Below are positions 17,877-27,308 of a stretch of 32,000 bases of DNA, piece after piece. Below the pieces are notes generated by a model that saw only the letters and a program-made list of their open reading frames with translations, did not search any database and was not told the DNA's origin. Each line of letters opens with the position of its first letter. Position 1 is the first letter of the stretch. Location: contig SHMX01000006.1 in NCBI GenBank assembly GCA_008080745.1, forward strand, positions 60,001-92,000, in the 5' to 3' direction. The position numbers were made by a program, and so were the translations under genes. This DNA comes from Candidatus Thorarchaeota archaeon. Its GTDB lineage: Archaea > Asgardarchaeota > Thorarchaeia > Thorarchaeales > Thorarchaeaceae.

Positions 17877-19148
17877 TCAATTCTCTCCACCAATTAACAT
17901 CTCTAACCAATATGAGAACTCTTCCAGCCCTCTGAAGTCAGCGGGTTGAAAATGAACAAGCAATTCATTGTTCCACTTGATGACTAATGCTTTAACGAAA
18001 TCTTTGAGTAGGTCTTTCTCAAGACTCGAGGCAAATCGAGCCATTGTTGAGATCCACTCCGCATAGAGTTCCATAACCCTATTAGGATCTAAGCCTTCGT
18101 AGAGCTCGAATTCGTAATTTATTTGAATAACCCCATCAAAAATTTTAATCTCGCCCGTTACCTCAGGAGCAGATATTCCACTTAGTACTTGTTCGAGATT
18201 TGCTGTTATCGTGCTGGGAGGATAAATTTCCTGAGCAACCTGAAGGGTAAGTCCTAAAGCTCGCTTAGCAACCAGTATTCTTCGTTTTTCTGGTGAAAGC
18301 GTTTCAATAGCACCCACGTCTAAAAGGTAATCCAAGGCTCGATGAATTGTTTGTTTTGTATGATGCTTACCAATTTGACCAATGATATTACCTACAGATG
18401 TTTTTCCATCAATTAGACTTGAAAGGCGAGGAATAATTGAGGCGATTTCTGGGTCTCTTCGCTCTAGCTCGTCTCTCTCTTGGGAAGAATGTTGCAAAAG
18501 TCTCCGCATATTGGAGGTTTCAACAATTATATCACTGGCATCAAGCATATTTCGAAATCTTATGGCCTTCATAGACCATAACCTAGCTACTTCGTCTATC
18601 ACTTCTTCACTGGGAAGACCACTTCTAGCTATAATTTTTTCGATAGGTGTTTCACCGTCAATAAATTCACCAACTGGTCCGAGATCTTGTAATCCTATAC
18701 CAGCTCCTTCCTGAAAGGGAATCCATTTTGCAGATATGTGTTGAAATGCCAGCTTTTGTACAATGCTTTCTCTAAATCCAGGAATTCTACTGACAAGTTG
18801 TTCGCTCTCAGTGCTCTCTTGCTGTATTTCATTTAACCAGCTATGTTCAAACTCGATGATTAGGCTTTTGAGAATTGGTGTGACCTCAGGTTGCCATTCG
18901 TTTATACTTACTGCTATCAGATTCGATTCCTCACTAGGCAGTACTGTGAAAAGTCTAGCTCCGTAATCAATCTGAAAGATTTTGGAGTCCTGTTCGATTA
19001 CCTCATCTGAGAAATCGCTCAATGCAGCGAAAAAACCAGAAACCAAATAGGGATCAATGTCAACTGCTTTTGGGTCCAGTTTCATAAAGAAGAGTGGAAC
19101 CCCGCCTTTGTCAGTGATTAGGATAGCCTGGATATTATGGTCTTTCAA
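17877..19148 (-). CDS. Longin domain, two NPRL2-like winged-helix units and a helical C-terminal domain
   Basis: Longin-type N-terminus (AILITDKGGVPLF..DPYLVSGFFAALSDFSDEV); two IDG.t.i..I repeats (FIDGETPIEKII, LIDGKTSVGNII). Confidence 0.75.
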   Translation of the reverse strand: MKDHNIQAILITDKGGVPLFFMKLDPKAVDIDPYLVSGFFAALSDFSDEVIEQDSKIFQIDYGARLFTVLPSEESNLIAVSINEWQPEVTPILKSLIIEFEHSWLNEIQQESTESEQLVSRIPGFRESIVQKLAFQHISAKWIPFQEGAGIGLQDLGPVGEFIDGETPIEKIIARSGLPSEEVIDEVARLWSMKAIRFRNMLDASDIIVETSNMRRLLQHSSQERDELERRDPEIASIIPRLSSLIDGKTSVGNIIGQIGKHHTKQTIHRALDYLLDVGAIETLSPEKRRILVAKRALGLTLQVAQEIYPPSTITANLEQVLSGISAPEVTGEIKIFDGVIQINYEFELYEGLDPNRVMELYAEWISTMARFASSLEKDLLKDFVKALVIKWNNELLVHFQPADFRGLEEFSYWLEMLIGGEN

Positions 19149-19263
19149 TGAGAACTCTCTCGCTTCTATCTGGTATGAATACCGCTTTAAATTCTTGTCA
19201 GATTAAGTCATGCCATCACTAATGACTTAATATGTAGATTGCTTCTGCTCAACTCGAATCAGA

Positions 19264-20544
19264 ATGGTAGCAGCACAACTATTGGTATTGGCAATTTTCA
19301 TTGGATGCTTAGTGGTGATTATATCTGAGAAGATTAGTGAAACCGCTACAGCATTATTTGCTATGTGTCTAGCCGGGGGCGTATTAGTTGTCTATGAAAT
19401 TTGTTCCTTTAGAGATATGATTATGTTGATTGAATGGGATACAATAATCTTTATTGCTGCTATGCTGATTGTTGTAGCAATATCCGGTTCGAGTGGGATG
19501 TTTCAGTACATATCTCTGATGATAATACGTGGTACTGCAGGAGAACCAAAGCGAACTTACCTTTCTTTTATGATATTCGTCTATATCATGTCTTTATTCT
19601 TCGACCCACTTCCAACCATGCTGATTATGGGTGCATTTACGGTGCAGGTCTGTAGGGCGATGGAGATTGATTTTAGACCATTTCTAATATCAGAGGTCAT
19701 TGTTTCTAACTTTGCTTCTATTCCATCAGTGGTTGGTTCAGTACCAAACCTAGTGATTGTTGTTTGGGCAGGAATAGATGTTGGGCAGATGTTCATCATC
19801 CTTATGCCTTTGTCTATCATCATGCTAGTTGTAACTCTTCCCATTCTACTCTGGTATTATGAGGATACGTTAGTCCCAGAGGAGGAACACGACTCATCCC
19901 TGCTTTTACTCATTCAGCCAGGCATCATGATCAAGTCACGTCATGATTTCTATTTATCTGCAATTGGAATGGCAGCTCTCGTTTTGGGTTTTGTAATAGG
20001 ACCCGCACTCGGAGTTGAAGCTAGCTTTATTGCTATGATTGTAGCTTCAGCTATGCTGGTGTTTTCAAATGAAAGAGCAAAGAGTTTACTTCGGAGGTTG
20101 TCATGGGATACGCTATTTTTCTTAATAGCAATGTTTGGATTAGTAGTTGCCTTGGAGAGAGTTGGCCTTATAGAAGGACTGATTGGTGGAGTGTCATATC
20201 TGACAGGAGGGAATATATTTCTCGCTATGGCATTTTTAATCTGGATCCCCGGCTTAGCATTATCAATCATAGACAATATACCTGTAGCTGCAGTACTAGC
20301 ACCATTGGCTCAGGAATATGGAGCAGTAAATGCAGTAGTGCCTTTATCATTGATAGCAGGTTCGAATATTGGAGGATATATCATACCCTTTGGAGACGCT
20401 CCAAATATGATTGCAGCATCTCTTGCTGCTGACGAGGGAATGCCCATTACTTTTAAGGAATTCACCAAAATCGCGTTTCCACTTGGCCTCTTACATTTGA
20501 TCATGGTTACAATTTACACGTTTATAGTAGCTCTCTTTGTATAG
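19264..20544 (+). CDS. ArsB/NhaD/SLC13 (ion-transporter superfamily) permease
   Basis: ~12 hydrophobic segments, IEWDTIIF, GSVPNL, LSWDTLFF, SIIDNIP, GSNIGG...GDAPN. Confidence 0.88.
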   Translation: MVAAQLLVLAIFIGCLVVIISEKISETATALFAMCLAGGVLVVYEICSFRDMIMLIEWDTIIFIAAMLIVVAISGSSGMFQYISLMIIRGTAGEPKRTYLSFMIFVYIMSLFFDPLPTMLIMGAFTVQVCRAMEIDFRPFLISEVIVSNFASIPSVVGSVPNLVIVVWAGIDVGQMFIILMPLSIIMLVVTLPILLWYYEDTLVPEEEHDSSLLLLIQPGIMIKSRHDFYLSAIGMAALVLGFVIGPALGVEASFIAMIVASAMLVFSNERAKSLLRRLSWDTLFFLIAMFGLVVALERVGLIEGLIGGVSYLTGGNIFLAMAFLIWIPGLALSIIDNIPVAAVLAPLAQEYGAVNAVVPLSLIAGSNIGGYIIPFGDAPNMIAASLAADEGMPITFKEFTKIAFPLGLLHLIMVTIYTFIVALFV

Positions 20545-20653
20545 AAGAAACCACCCAAGAGTTTGGAGACAATTTCTTGCATAAATCTAAAGGTGACGAA
20601 AATACTCTGAAAAACGTTTATGAATTTTGAAATTAAAAAGAAGGTGGCAAAAA

Positions 20654-21472
20654 ATGTACAGAAGAGTCCCAGCATTAATTTCCATAATTATGATAGTGGG
20701 GCTGATACCCTTACATAATTCCTTACTAGTTGGGATGCCATCTAATTATTTTGGTTATGAATACAGGTCGATTAATCTTGGTTGGTTTCTTGAAGGTGAA
20801 GTTCAGGGTCTTGCAACAGATGGTAGATATCTCTACATGACCTCATCAACCACAATACAAGGAACGGGTGAAGCATGTCTCTATAAGATGAATTTTGATG
20901 GTACGCTTATTTCCAGTGTTAGAATAGGACAGGATGCACTTTGTCATGGTGGGGGGATAACCATATATGATAATTTTGTCTGGATTCCACTAGCAGAGTT
21001 TTCATTTACTCCAAGCAATTCCTCTCAAATCATGAGATATTCTCTCGATCTAGATTATGTTGATTCATTCTGTAATAGTACCATAACAGGAATTGACCAC
21101 TGGGGTTCGGTCTTTGTAGATGAGGTTAATCAGAGAGTGTTTGTTTCAAATTGGAATACTCTACAAATACACGAGTTTGATATGGACGGGAATTTGATTC
21201 AGTCTATTATTCCATTGAATCCAGATGCCATTCAGGATTGGGTAGTAATTGATAATCACGCATTTGGTTCATGTTCACGTGAAGGTATTACTGGATTGGT
21301 CATCTTTGATTTAGATGGAAGCTTTTCAGAGATTAGAGTGATAGGTGATTTGAGAGTCCCAAAAACTAGCAGTGGAATTGCATATCATGATGGAGTACTA
21401 TATTCCTGTTCTGGGGTTAACAAAGCTGTATTATCTACTATTGAGATAAATTTACATCAATATCTTCCTTGA
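20654..21472 (+). CDS. Exported beta-propeller-like protein (DUF6454-like)
   Basis: Signal-like MYRRVPALISIIMIVGLIPL; blades VQGLATDG, HGGGITIYDNFVWIPLAE, DHWGSV, IQDW, SSGIAYHDG. Start moved from TTG 20627 to ATG 20654. Confidence 0.6.
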   Translation: MYRRVPALISIIMIVGLIPLHNSLLVGMPSNYFGYEYRSINLGWFLEGEVQGLATDGRYLYMTSSTTIQGTGEACLYKMNFDGTLISSVRIGQDALCHGGGITIYDNFVWIPLAEFSFTPSNSSQIMRYSLDLDYVDSFCNSTITGIDHWGSVFVDEVNQRVFVSNWNTLQIHEFDMDGNLIQSIIPLNPDAIQDWVVIDNHAFGSCSREGITGLVIFDLDGSFSEIRVIGDLRVPKTSSGIAYHDGVLYSCSGVNKAVLSTIEINLHQYLP

Positions 21473-22263
21473 ACAAAATAAAGGGGTTGGATATCGGTAT
21501 ATCTAAAACCCATTTTTTCATACAGTTTTTTGGCGGGTATATTGCTCTCAAAGAAGTGCAATGCTATCACATCAGTAAATTCGATTAATTCTCGTACTAC
21601 AGCTGCAATACAAGCTGAAGCATAACCTTTCCTTTTTCCTTCAGGCCTGGTAGCAATATTTCCTATTTCTGCGACATAGGGGGTCACATAATGTACACCC
21701 GCTACACTTAGGAGTCTACCATTTGAATCAAAGACGCCCCAGAAAGGGCCTAACTTAAGAGAAGTTGGTGTCCAAGCTGCTGTCCCAGAAAGCCGATAGA
21801 TATTTTTCAATTCCGAAATATGTTCATTACCAAGCTTGATTGGTTTGACGGAATCAGAATATTTGAGTTGTGAATAATCTTGTAGAACCATCTGATGTTC
21901 CAGTCTAGTTTGCGTTATAGAACAAATAGATTCCAGAAATTTCAATTGCGTATTTGTACAGATGCATATGAAATCCATACCAGTCAGTTTTTCTTGGTAT
22001 TCCTTACAAAGTATTTCTAGTGTTTCCTCTGTATCGACACAAAAAGCAATTGCTGGAACGGAAAGATCAGTGTATAGAGAGAAGACACCAACAATCTTCT
22101 CGTCCTTACGAAGGGCTGAAATTTCACTCCAGGGTCGAAGCTGTGTACAGTCTGCTATAAGCGTCAGGTTCGATAGTAGATTCGGTAAAAGTAGTTGGAT
22201 AATCTCATCCTCATTCGAAGGTCCTATTTTTTCAACTCTCTCAGATGATTCATTTTTTGTAAT
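21457..22263 (-). CDS. GNAT/FR47-like acetyltransferase (~268 aa if it starts at ATT 22263; first ATG is 21978)
   Basis: IGNIATRPEGKRKGYA, NIPAKKLYEKMGF. The frame is open with protein-like sequence for 95 codons upstream of the first ATG, up to TAA 22284-22282. Confidence 0.75.
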   Translation of the reverse strand: MTKNESSERVEKIGPSNEDEIIQLLLPNLLSNLTLIADCTQLRPWSEISALRKDEKIVGVFSLYTDLSVPAIAFCVDTEETLEILCKEYQEKLTGMDFICICTNTQLKFLESICSITQTRLEHQMVLQDYSQLKYSDSVKPIKLGNEHISELKNIYRLSGTAAWTPTSLKLGPFWGVFDSNGRLLSVAGVHYVTPYVAEIGNIATRPEGKRKGYASACIAAVVRELIEFTDVIALHFFESNIPAKKLYEKMGFRYTDIQPLYFVQGRY

Positions 22264-22419
22264 ATCTTCATTCCTCCATCGTTAGATAGTATGTTTACAA
22301 CTCAGTATAAATGAGTGTTCTTTAATTTCAAAAAATAATATGAATGTTTTATTTGGTCGAGATATTACATTAAAGATTATTAAGGTTAGAGAATGAGTAT
22401 TTATTGGTAAGATATAGCG

Positions 22420-22920
22420 ATGGTGAAAAAAGAATATTATATACCCATAATTGTTATCATGCTTATCCTTCTGACATTGTTAGTTTTTTCATTTTTTAAT
22501 CTGGATATCAGTATCTTGATAACTGCTGTTTTGTTTGTAATTGTAATTGGCATATTTGCCTTTTTAAAAGGCGTAGGTAGTTTTTTCGCTAGTTCTATAG
22601 TAGCAAAACTTCCAAATGTAACGTTATTTCCAGAAACCATTCCAATTAGAGAAAGGAAAAAATATGAAATGCTAAGAGTTGTTAGGAACCCACAAACAGG
22701 AAAGGAAATTGTAATCGGGGGCAACAGGGATACAACATATCGAGCAGCTATGATCAGAAACTGGGATTTTGTAAAAATTGCTAAGGATTCCCCTTGGATA
22801 CTACGAGATGAGATCGGTAACGATATAACTGACTCAAATCTGGAAGATTATGATGGAATAGTGACCATAGAACATCTTGATATACCTCAGCATGGTTACA
22901 GAGATGATTCTACAGATTAA
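22420..22920 (+). CDS. 2-TM membrane protein with a C-terminal ubiquitin-like domain (paralog 1)
   Basis: Two N-terminal hydrophobic helices; domain LRVVRNPQTGKEIVIGG..TTY..A...W.F......W.L.D..GNDIT...LEDYDGIV. CDS is solid; the fold call is inferred. Confidence 0.7.
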   Translation: MVKKEYYIPIIVIMLILLTLLVFSFFNLDISILITAVLFVIVIGIFAFLKGVGSFFASSIVAKLPNVTLFPETIPIRERKKYEMLRVVRNPQTGKEIVIGGNRDTTYRAAMIRNWDFVKIAKDSPWILRDEIGNDITDSNLEDYDGIVTIEHLDIPQHGYRDDSTD

Positions 22921-22989
22921 GGAAAAAGAAAAGAGAATATTCAACTTCTCGTCTTGGTGTGGAGTTCTATAATTAGAAAGAAATAGGGT

Positions 22990-23463
22990 GTGACAGCGAT
23001 GTCTAAGCAAATCCAAGGAAGACGAATTATTCTTGGAATAACCATTTTCTTTGTGATGATTTTCTCATCAGCTATTCTCATCTATTTTGGTCCAGTAATC
23101 TCCTTTCTTTTTGCTTTTTTCTCGATGATTTGTTTTGTCAGAGGGCTTCTTTCCATAGACGTGATGCAAAGAGGATTATCTAGAATGAATATAGAAGGAG
23201 CGTATATCAGCCGAATTGGTATTCTAGGAAGCCCATCTTCTGCTTCAATGATTAATCGTATTATCATTAATCCAATTGACGAAACACAGTATACAATAAC
23301 TGGTCGTTCTGATATGACCTTTCGTGAATCATGTCTTTATGACTGGCCATTTCAAAATATTCGCATCGATTCCAAATGGTATATTTTCAGTGAGAATGAA
23401 ACGGATATCAGCAACCTTCCCTTATCCCGTTATGATGGAATAGCTTGGATAAGAACAGAGTAA
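22990..23463 (+). CDS. 2-TM membrane protein with the same C-terminal domain (paralog 2, most diverged)
   Basis: NP...Y.ITG..DMTF..SC..DWPF..I....W......DIS...LSRYDGIAWI. Confidence 0.7.
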   Translation: MTAMSKQIQGRRIILGITIFFVMIFSSAILIYFGPVISFLFAFFSMICFVRGLLSIDVMQRGLSRMNIEGAYISRIGILGSPSSASMINRIIINPIDETQYTITGRSDMTFRESCLYDWPFQNIRIDSKWYIFSENETDISNLPLSRYDGIAWIRTE

Positions 23464-23510
23464 ATGAAAAACAAAAAGCTGTTAAACAATCACGAGCTTG
23501 TGATACTACC

Positions 23511-23978
23511 ATGACAGATCAATTCATTGAAACACTGGCGAAGGGGCTCAAAGCTAAATATACTCACGTGGATCCTATCCGAGCCCTACAAGCTATCAGT
23601 ATAGATAAGGTCGTGGAAAAACCCAATCCCCAAACACGTTCTATCTTTGAGCTGCTTCACCACGTAGTACTATGGCAAAATCTCACTATTGAGGCTCTAC
23701 AGGGACATGATGTAATTTGGCCGAAAAAAGGAGAAGACTGGCCGAAATCAAACGCGGTCAGCAAAGAGGGATGGAAAGAACTTGTCGAAGAATTCACTCA
23801 GGGCTTGGAACGGGCAGAGATTGTCGCAGAAATGCTAGAGTCTGAAACACCCATTCCTGCATGGGAAAATATGTCAGCGTCAAATGGATTACTTGTATTG
23901 GTGCAACATAACTCATATCATATGGGGCAGATTGTTCTTCTTAGGCAGGTTCTAGGTATCTGGCCTCCAGAAAGTTGA
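23511..23978 (+). CDS. DinB/YfiT-family protein
   Basis: SIFELLHHV..W and HNSYHMGQI. Start trimmed to ATG 23511 to avoid overlap with the upstream gene. Confidence 0.85.
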   Translation: MTDQFIETLAKGLKAKYTHVDPIRALQAISIDKVVEKPNPQTRSIFELLHHVVLWQNLTIEALQGHDVIWPKKGEDWPKSNAVSKEGWKELVEEFTQGLERAEIVAEMLESETPIPAWENMSASNGLLVLVQHNSYHMGQIVLLRQVLGIWPPES

Positions 23979-23979
23979 T

Positions 23980-26346
23980 TCAATCGGCCTTCTCGACACG
24001 AACCAATACCGAATTGAAACCCGGTGTGTGTCCGAATGCGGTGTGTTTATCATCGGTAAGGTAGTTCATGTTGCCGTTTTTGTTCCACCATCCATCAGAG
24101 CTCCAGATGATTCGATGATCTAAATCCTCGTTTAGTCGTAGTTCGATGTTCTCAACTCTTCCACGAGGGGACTCGATATTGACCAAATCACCTTCCTGAA
24201 GTCCATGCAAATTAGCTGTTGAAGGATGCATCCAAATCCAAGCACGTTTCTCCTCCTTGCTTTTAGGCGGCATCCGTATTGGTTTCACAACTACGTCGAA
24301 GGGACAGATATCCAGCTCACATTCTCTACAACCTATGCATTGTTTTGAGTCCCATTTCGGAATAAGAAGCCCGGTAATTTCTTTAGGAATGGAAAGAGGA
24401 CGACTTGATACATCAACAGCAAGCGAACTGACCAACTTTCCCAGATGTTTTCTTATAGGCGCATGTGTATCTTCAATTCCATCTTCTTTCAATTTCTCAG
24501 CAGTGGGACTAATGAGAGATATAGCTTCATCTGGACATTCTTGAACACATTTTTGACACGTCGTACAATTCTGAAAGCTTGTTACATCCCCACCGACTTC
24601 AACAGTGGTATACTGTGAATGGAGGCGTTCTCGCAATCTTCCTGTGATCATGATGAGGGGGAATTTTCGATATAAGAGTGGAGTTGAGATCGGACTTTCT
24701 GCGGGTTCTTCATGAAACGGTAATGGATCAATGCCCATTCTTTTTAGAGCCGGCGAATATAACTCGACCTTTCCAGTTTCGGTTCTAAATTTTTTATCAG
24801 CAAAAGGAATCGCGACTTCATTGGTTCTAACACCTTCAGGATGATCTATCAAATCTTCAAGTGAGATGTTACTACATTGTACGCTACCTAGGGCTAACCT
24901 AATTGTATCGATCTCAGTCAAATCAAAATATTCCCCAAGTTCTAACCGTTCAGCAATACCCCGCCATATAGCTAATTCGTGTCGTGCTTCTCCAATTGGT
25001 TCAATTATTTTAGGTGCATATTGTACAATTCGATGGAGTTCACTATGAACGAGATTATGGTGTTCAAATATTAATGTGGCTGGTAAAACAATATCACATT
25101 CCTTTGCAGTGTCAGTCATTTCCAAATCGATACAGACTTTGAATGGTATCTTTTCGAAGGCGGCTTTAGTCTTGGAAGTATTTGGCCACTGAGTGATAGG
25201 ACTAGCTGCCTGAATAACAAATACCTCAAGTGGGCTTTTCTCGTGACTAAGAATGAATTCTGGAATGTATGTACCGGAAGGAACTATCGGTATAACACTT
25301 TCAGGTAGTATATCTTGAAGTGTGATAGCAGCACTATTGAAAGGGCTAAAATCAGAAGAAAGGTATTGAAATCCTCCACCTGAAACACCGAGATAACCGC
25401 ATATTGCTAGGAGACTATGGACTGCTCTTGCAGTATGACTACCATTTGTATAATGATTCATACCCGCAGGTGCAGTCATAATAAGTGATGGTCCATGAGT
25501 TGCAAATGTAACAGCTAATTGCTCGATGGTATTCGGATCAACCCAAGTAATCTCACTGACTCGTTTTCGGTCATACGTTTTTACTCGCTCACAATACTCC
25601 GTAAAACCATGAACATATTTCTCTACGAATTTTTTGTCATAGAGACCTCGATCAATGATGATATTCGCCATTCCTAGAGCGAGAGCTGCATCAGTCCCAG
25701 GTCTAATCGTGGTATAGATGTCAGCCATGTTTGCATGTGGTGTTTTTCTTGGATCAATGACTATGAGTTTAGCACCATGCTCAATTGCTTCCTGAATTAA
25801 TCTTTTAGAATGAAGACCAGATTCGAACTTGTTTGTGCCCCAGATTACAATACATCGAGAATTTACCAAGTCACTCAGTTCATGAGGGGGAAATGGACCC
25901 ACGCTAAAACGTGCCCCTTCATATGCACCCTCAAAACAAATCTCTACAATCCCAGGAATCATTCTGCATCCAAACACATTACTGAATCGTGATGCGATTC
26001 GCGGAGCCATTCCATCGTTTCCTGACCCTGAATATATACCCACAGCTTGAGGCCCGTATTCCTCTTTTGCCGTTCTCATTCTCTCTGCAATCTCGTCTAA
26101 TGCTTCGTCCCACGATATTCTCTTGAATGAGCCATCATCTTTTTTCTTCATAGGATATCTGAGTCGGTCTTCATAGTATGTACGTAAAACATGTGAATAG
26201 CCTTTGGGACAGGCTCTACCTAATGTATAGGGATGATCAGGATCTCCCTCTAATCGAGTAATTATACCATTTTCGACATGAATAAGAAAGGCACAGATAT
26301 CTGGGCAATTCAATGCACAAGCAGTGGAGAATATTTCTTTGGTCAT
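23980..26346 (-). CDS. Cytoplasmic DMSO-reductase-family molybdopterin oxidoreductase with an N-terminal [4Fe-4S] and an inserted 2x[4Fe-4S] ferredoxin
   Basis: CALNCPDIC..GDPDHP...ACPKG, WDEALD, probable metal-ligand Cys in EICF, IWGTN, VIDPR, IRPGTD, DIVLPA, TGKVEL, LIMITGR..LHSQ; no Tat signal. Start taken as ATG 26346. Confidence 0.93.
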   Translation of the reverse strand: MTKEIFSTACALNCPDICAFLIHVENGIITRLEGDPDHPYTLGRACPKGYSHVLRTYYEDRLRYPMKKKDDGSFKRISWDEALDEIAERMRTAKEEYGPQAVGIYSGSGNDGMAPRIASRFSNVFGCRMIPGIVEICFEGAYEGARFSVGPFPPHELSDLVNSRCIVIWGTNKFESGLHSKRLIQEAIEHGAKLIVIDPRKTPHANMADIYTTIRPGTDAALALGMANIIIDRGLYDKKFVEKYVHGFTEYCERVKTYDRKRVSEITWVDPNTIEQLAVTFATHGPSLIMTAPAGMNHYTNGSHTARAVHSLLAICGYLGVSGGGFQYLSSDFSPFNSAAITLQDILPESVIPIVPSGTYIPEFILSHEKSPLEVFVIQAASPITQWPNTSKTKAAFEKIPFKVCIDLEMTDTAKECDIVLPATLIFEHHNLVHSELHRIVQYAPKIIEPIGEARHELAIWRGIAERLELGEYFDLTEIDTIRLALGSVQCSNISLEDLIDHPEGVRTNEVAIPFADKKFRTETGKVELYSPALKRMGIDPLPFHEEPAESPISTPLLYRKFPLIMITGRLRERLHSQYTTVEVGGDVTSFQNCTTCQKCVQECPDEAISLISPTAEKLKEDGIEDTHAPIRKHLGKLVSSLAVDVSSRPLSIPKEITGLLIPKWDSKQCIGCRECELDICPFDVVVKPIRMPPKSKEEKRAWIWMHPSTANLHGLQEGDLVNIESPRGRVENIELRLNEDLDHRIIWSSDGWWNKNGNMNYLTDDKHTAFGHTPGFNSVLVRVEKAD

Positions 26347-26586
26347 TACCCATTTGTCATATATTACTATCAATAACTCTTACTGTATATTATAATCACA
26401 TCGCAGGAGTCCTAATGAGATTAGAGAAATTAGACGAATGAGTCGATAATCCAATATGGATAAAAATGAAAAAGAAAAAGTATTTTCTTACATTATTTTT
26501 AGTTTCATATCAGGAAGAACCAAGTTCCAAATGACTTTGAGAAGATAAGCTTAATAGATTTCATTTGGATAGATTTATGATTTCAA

Positions 26587-27132
26587 ATGATTGATGTTTC
26601 AAAAAGATTCAAGGGATTTATCCTATTCCTTGTCATTCTTTTTTCCTTGCTCATTATAATGACACTGATAGATCCAACCAGTTATTTTACATCTTTATTT
26701 TCAACAGGAACAATAATTGTAACCATCTTTCTTATTTTTGAATTCATGCTTACGTTAAGTATCGAGGCACAGCCAGAGGGTGCATCCAATGCACATATCT
26801 ATGCAGAACACGAAAAGAAACCGGTAGTCAGGAGGAAGCCAGCCGAAATCCTCAGGGTTGTCAAAGACCCATATAATGGTGAAGAAATACTCATTGGTGG
26901 AAAAAAGACAACCACTTATGGAGAGGCATGCCGCGAAGATTGGGATTTCAAAGGCATCGATAAGAAAGCATCTTGGATTTTGCGTGATGATAAAGGAAAT
27001 GACATAACTAATATGCATCTAGCTGACTATGATGGAATAGTGGTGATTGAACTTCTTGAATTAGAAGGGCACAAGACTTCAGACAGAGAAAAAGAGGATT
27101 CCAAGCATATGGGCGTGGAATATTACGATTAA
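26587..27132 (+). CDS. 2-TM membrane protein with a C-terminal ubiquitin-like domain (paralog 3)
   Basis: ILRVVKDPYNGEEILIGG..TTYGEAC..DWDF......WILRDDKGNDITNMHLADYDGIVVI. Confidence 0.72.
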   Translation: MIDVSKRFKGFILFLVILFSLLIIMTLIDPTSYFTSLFSTGTIIVTIFLIFEFMLTLSIEAQPEGASNAHIYAEHEKKPVVRRKPAEILRVVKDPYNGEEILIGGKKTTTYGEACREDWDFKGIDKKASWILRDDKGNDITNMHLADYDGIVVIELLELEGHKTSDREKEDSKHMGVEYYD

Positions 27133-27308
27133 ACCGATAGCAGCTTTCTTTACAAAAAGATACCAAAGGTTATCATTGTTGATTAAAGAGTGAATAGAAC
27201 TGTTCACAAAACTGGTCACAATTTATCATAAACAGCATATTCAGTGACCAGACAATATTATCGTATGTAATCACTTCTCTAACAAAAAGAAACAAGAGGC
27301 AAAAATGA

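Noticed and set aside
23980-26346. Selenocysteine or pyrrolysine recoding in the oxidoreductase or elsewhere
   Set aside because: The frame is uninterrupted with Cys at the probable ligand position, and no gene showed a convincing in-frame continuation past TGA/TAG.
22420-27132. Ubl proteins as MoaD/SAMP sulfur carriers for the neighbouring Mo enzyme
   Set aside because: They have no C-terminal GG and are membrane-anchored, and no E1/MoeB or MoaE gene is in the window; proximity alone is insufficient.
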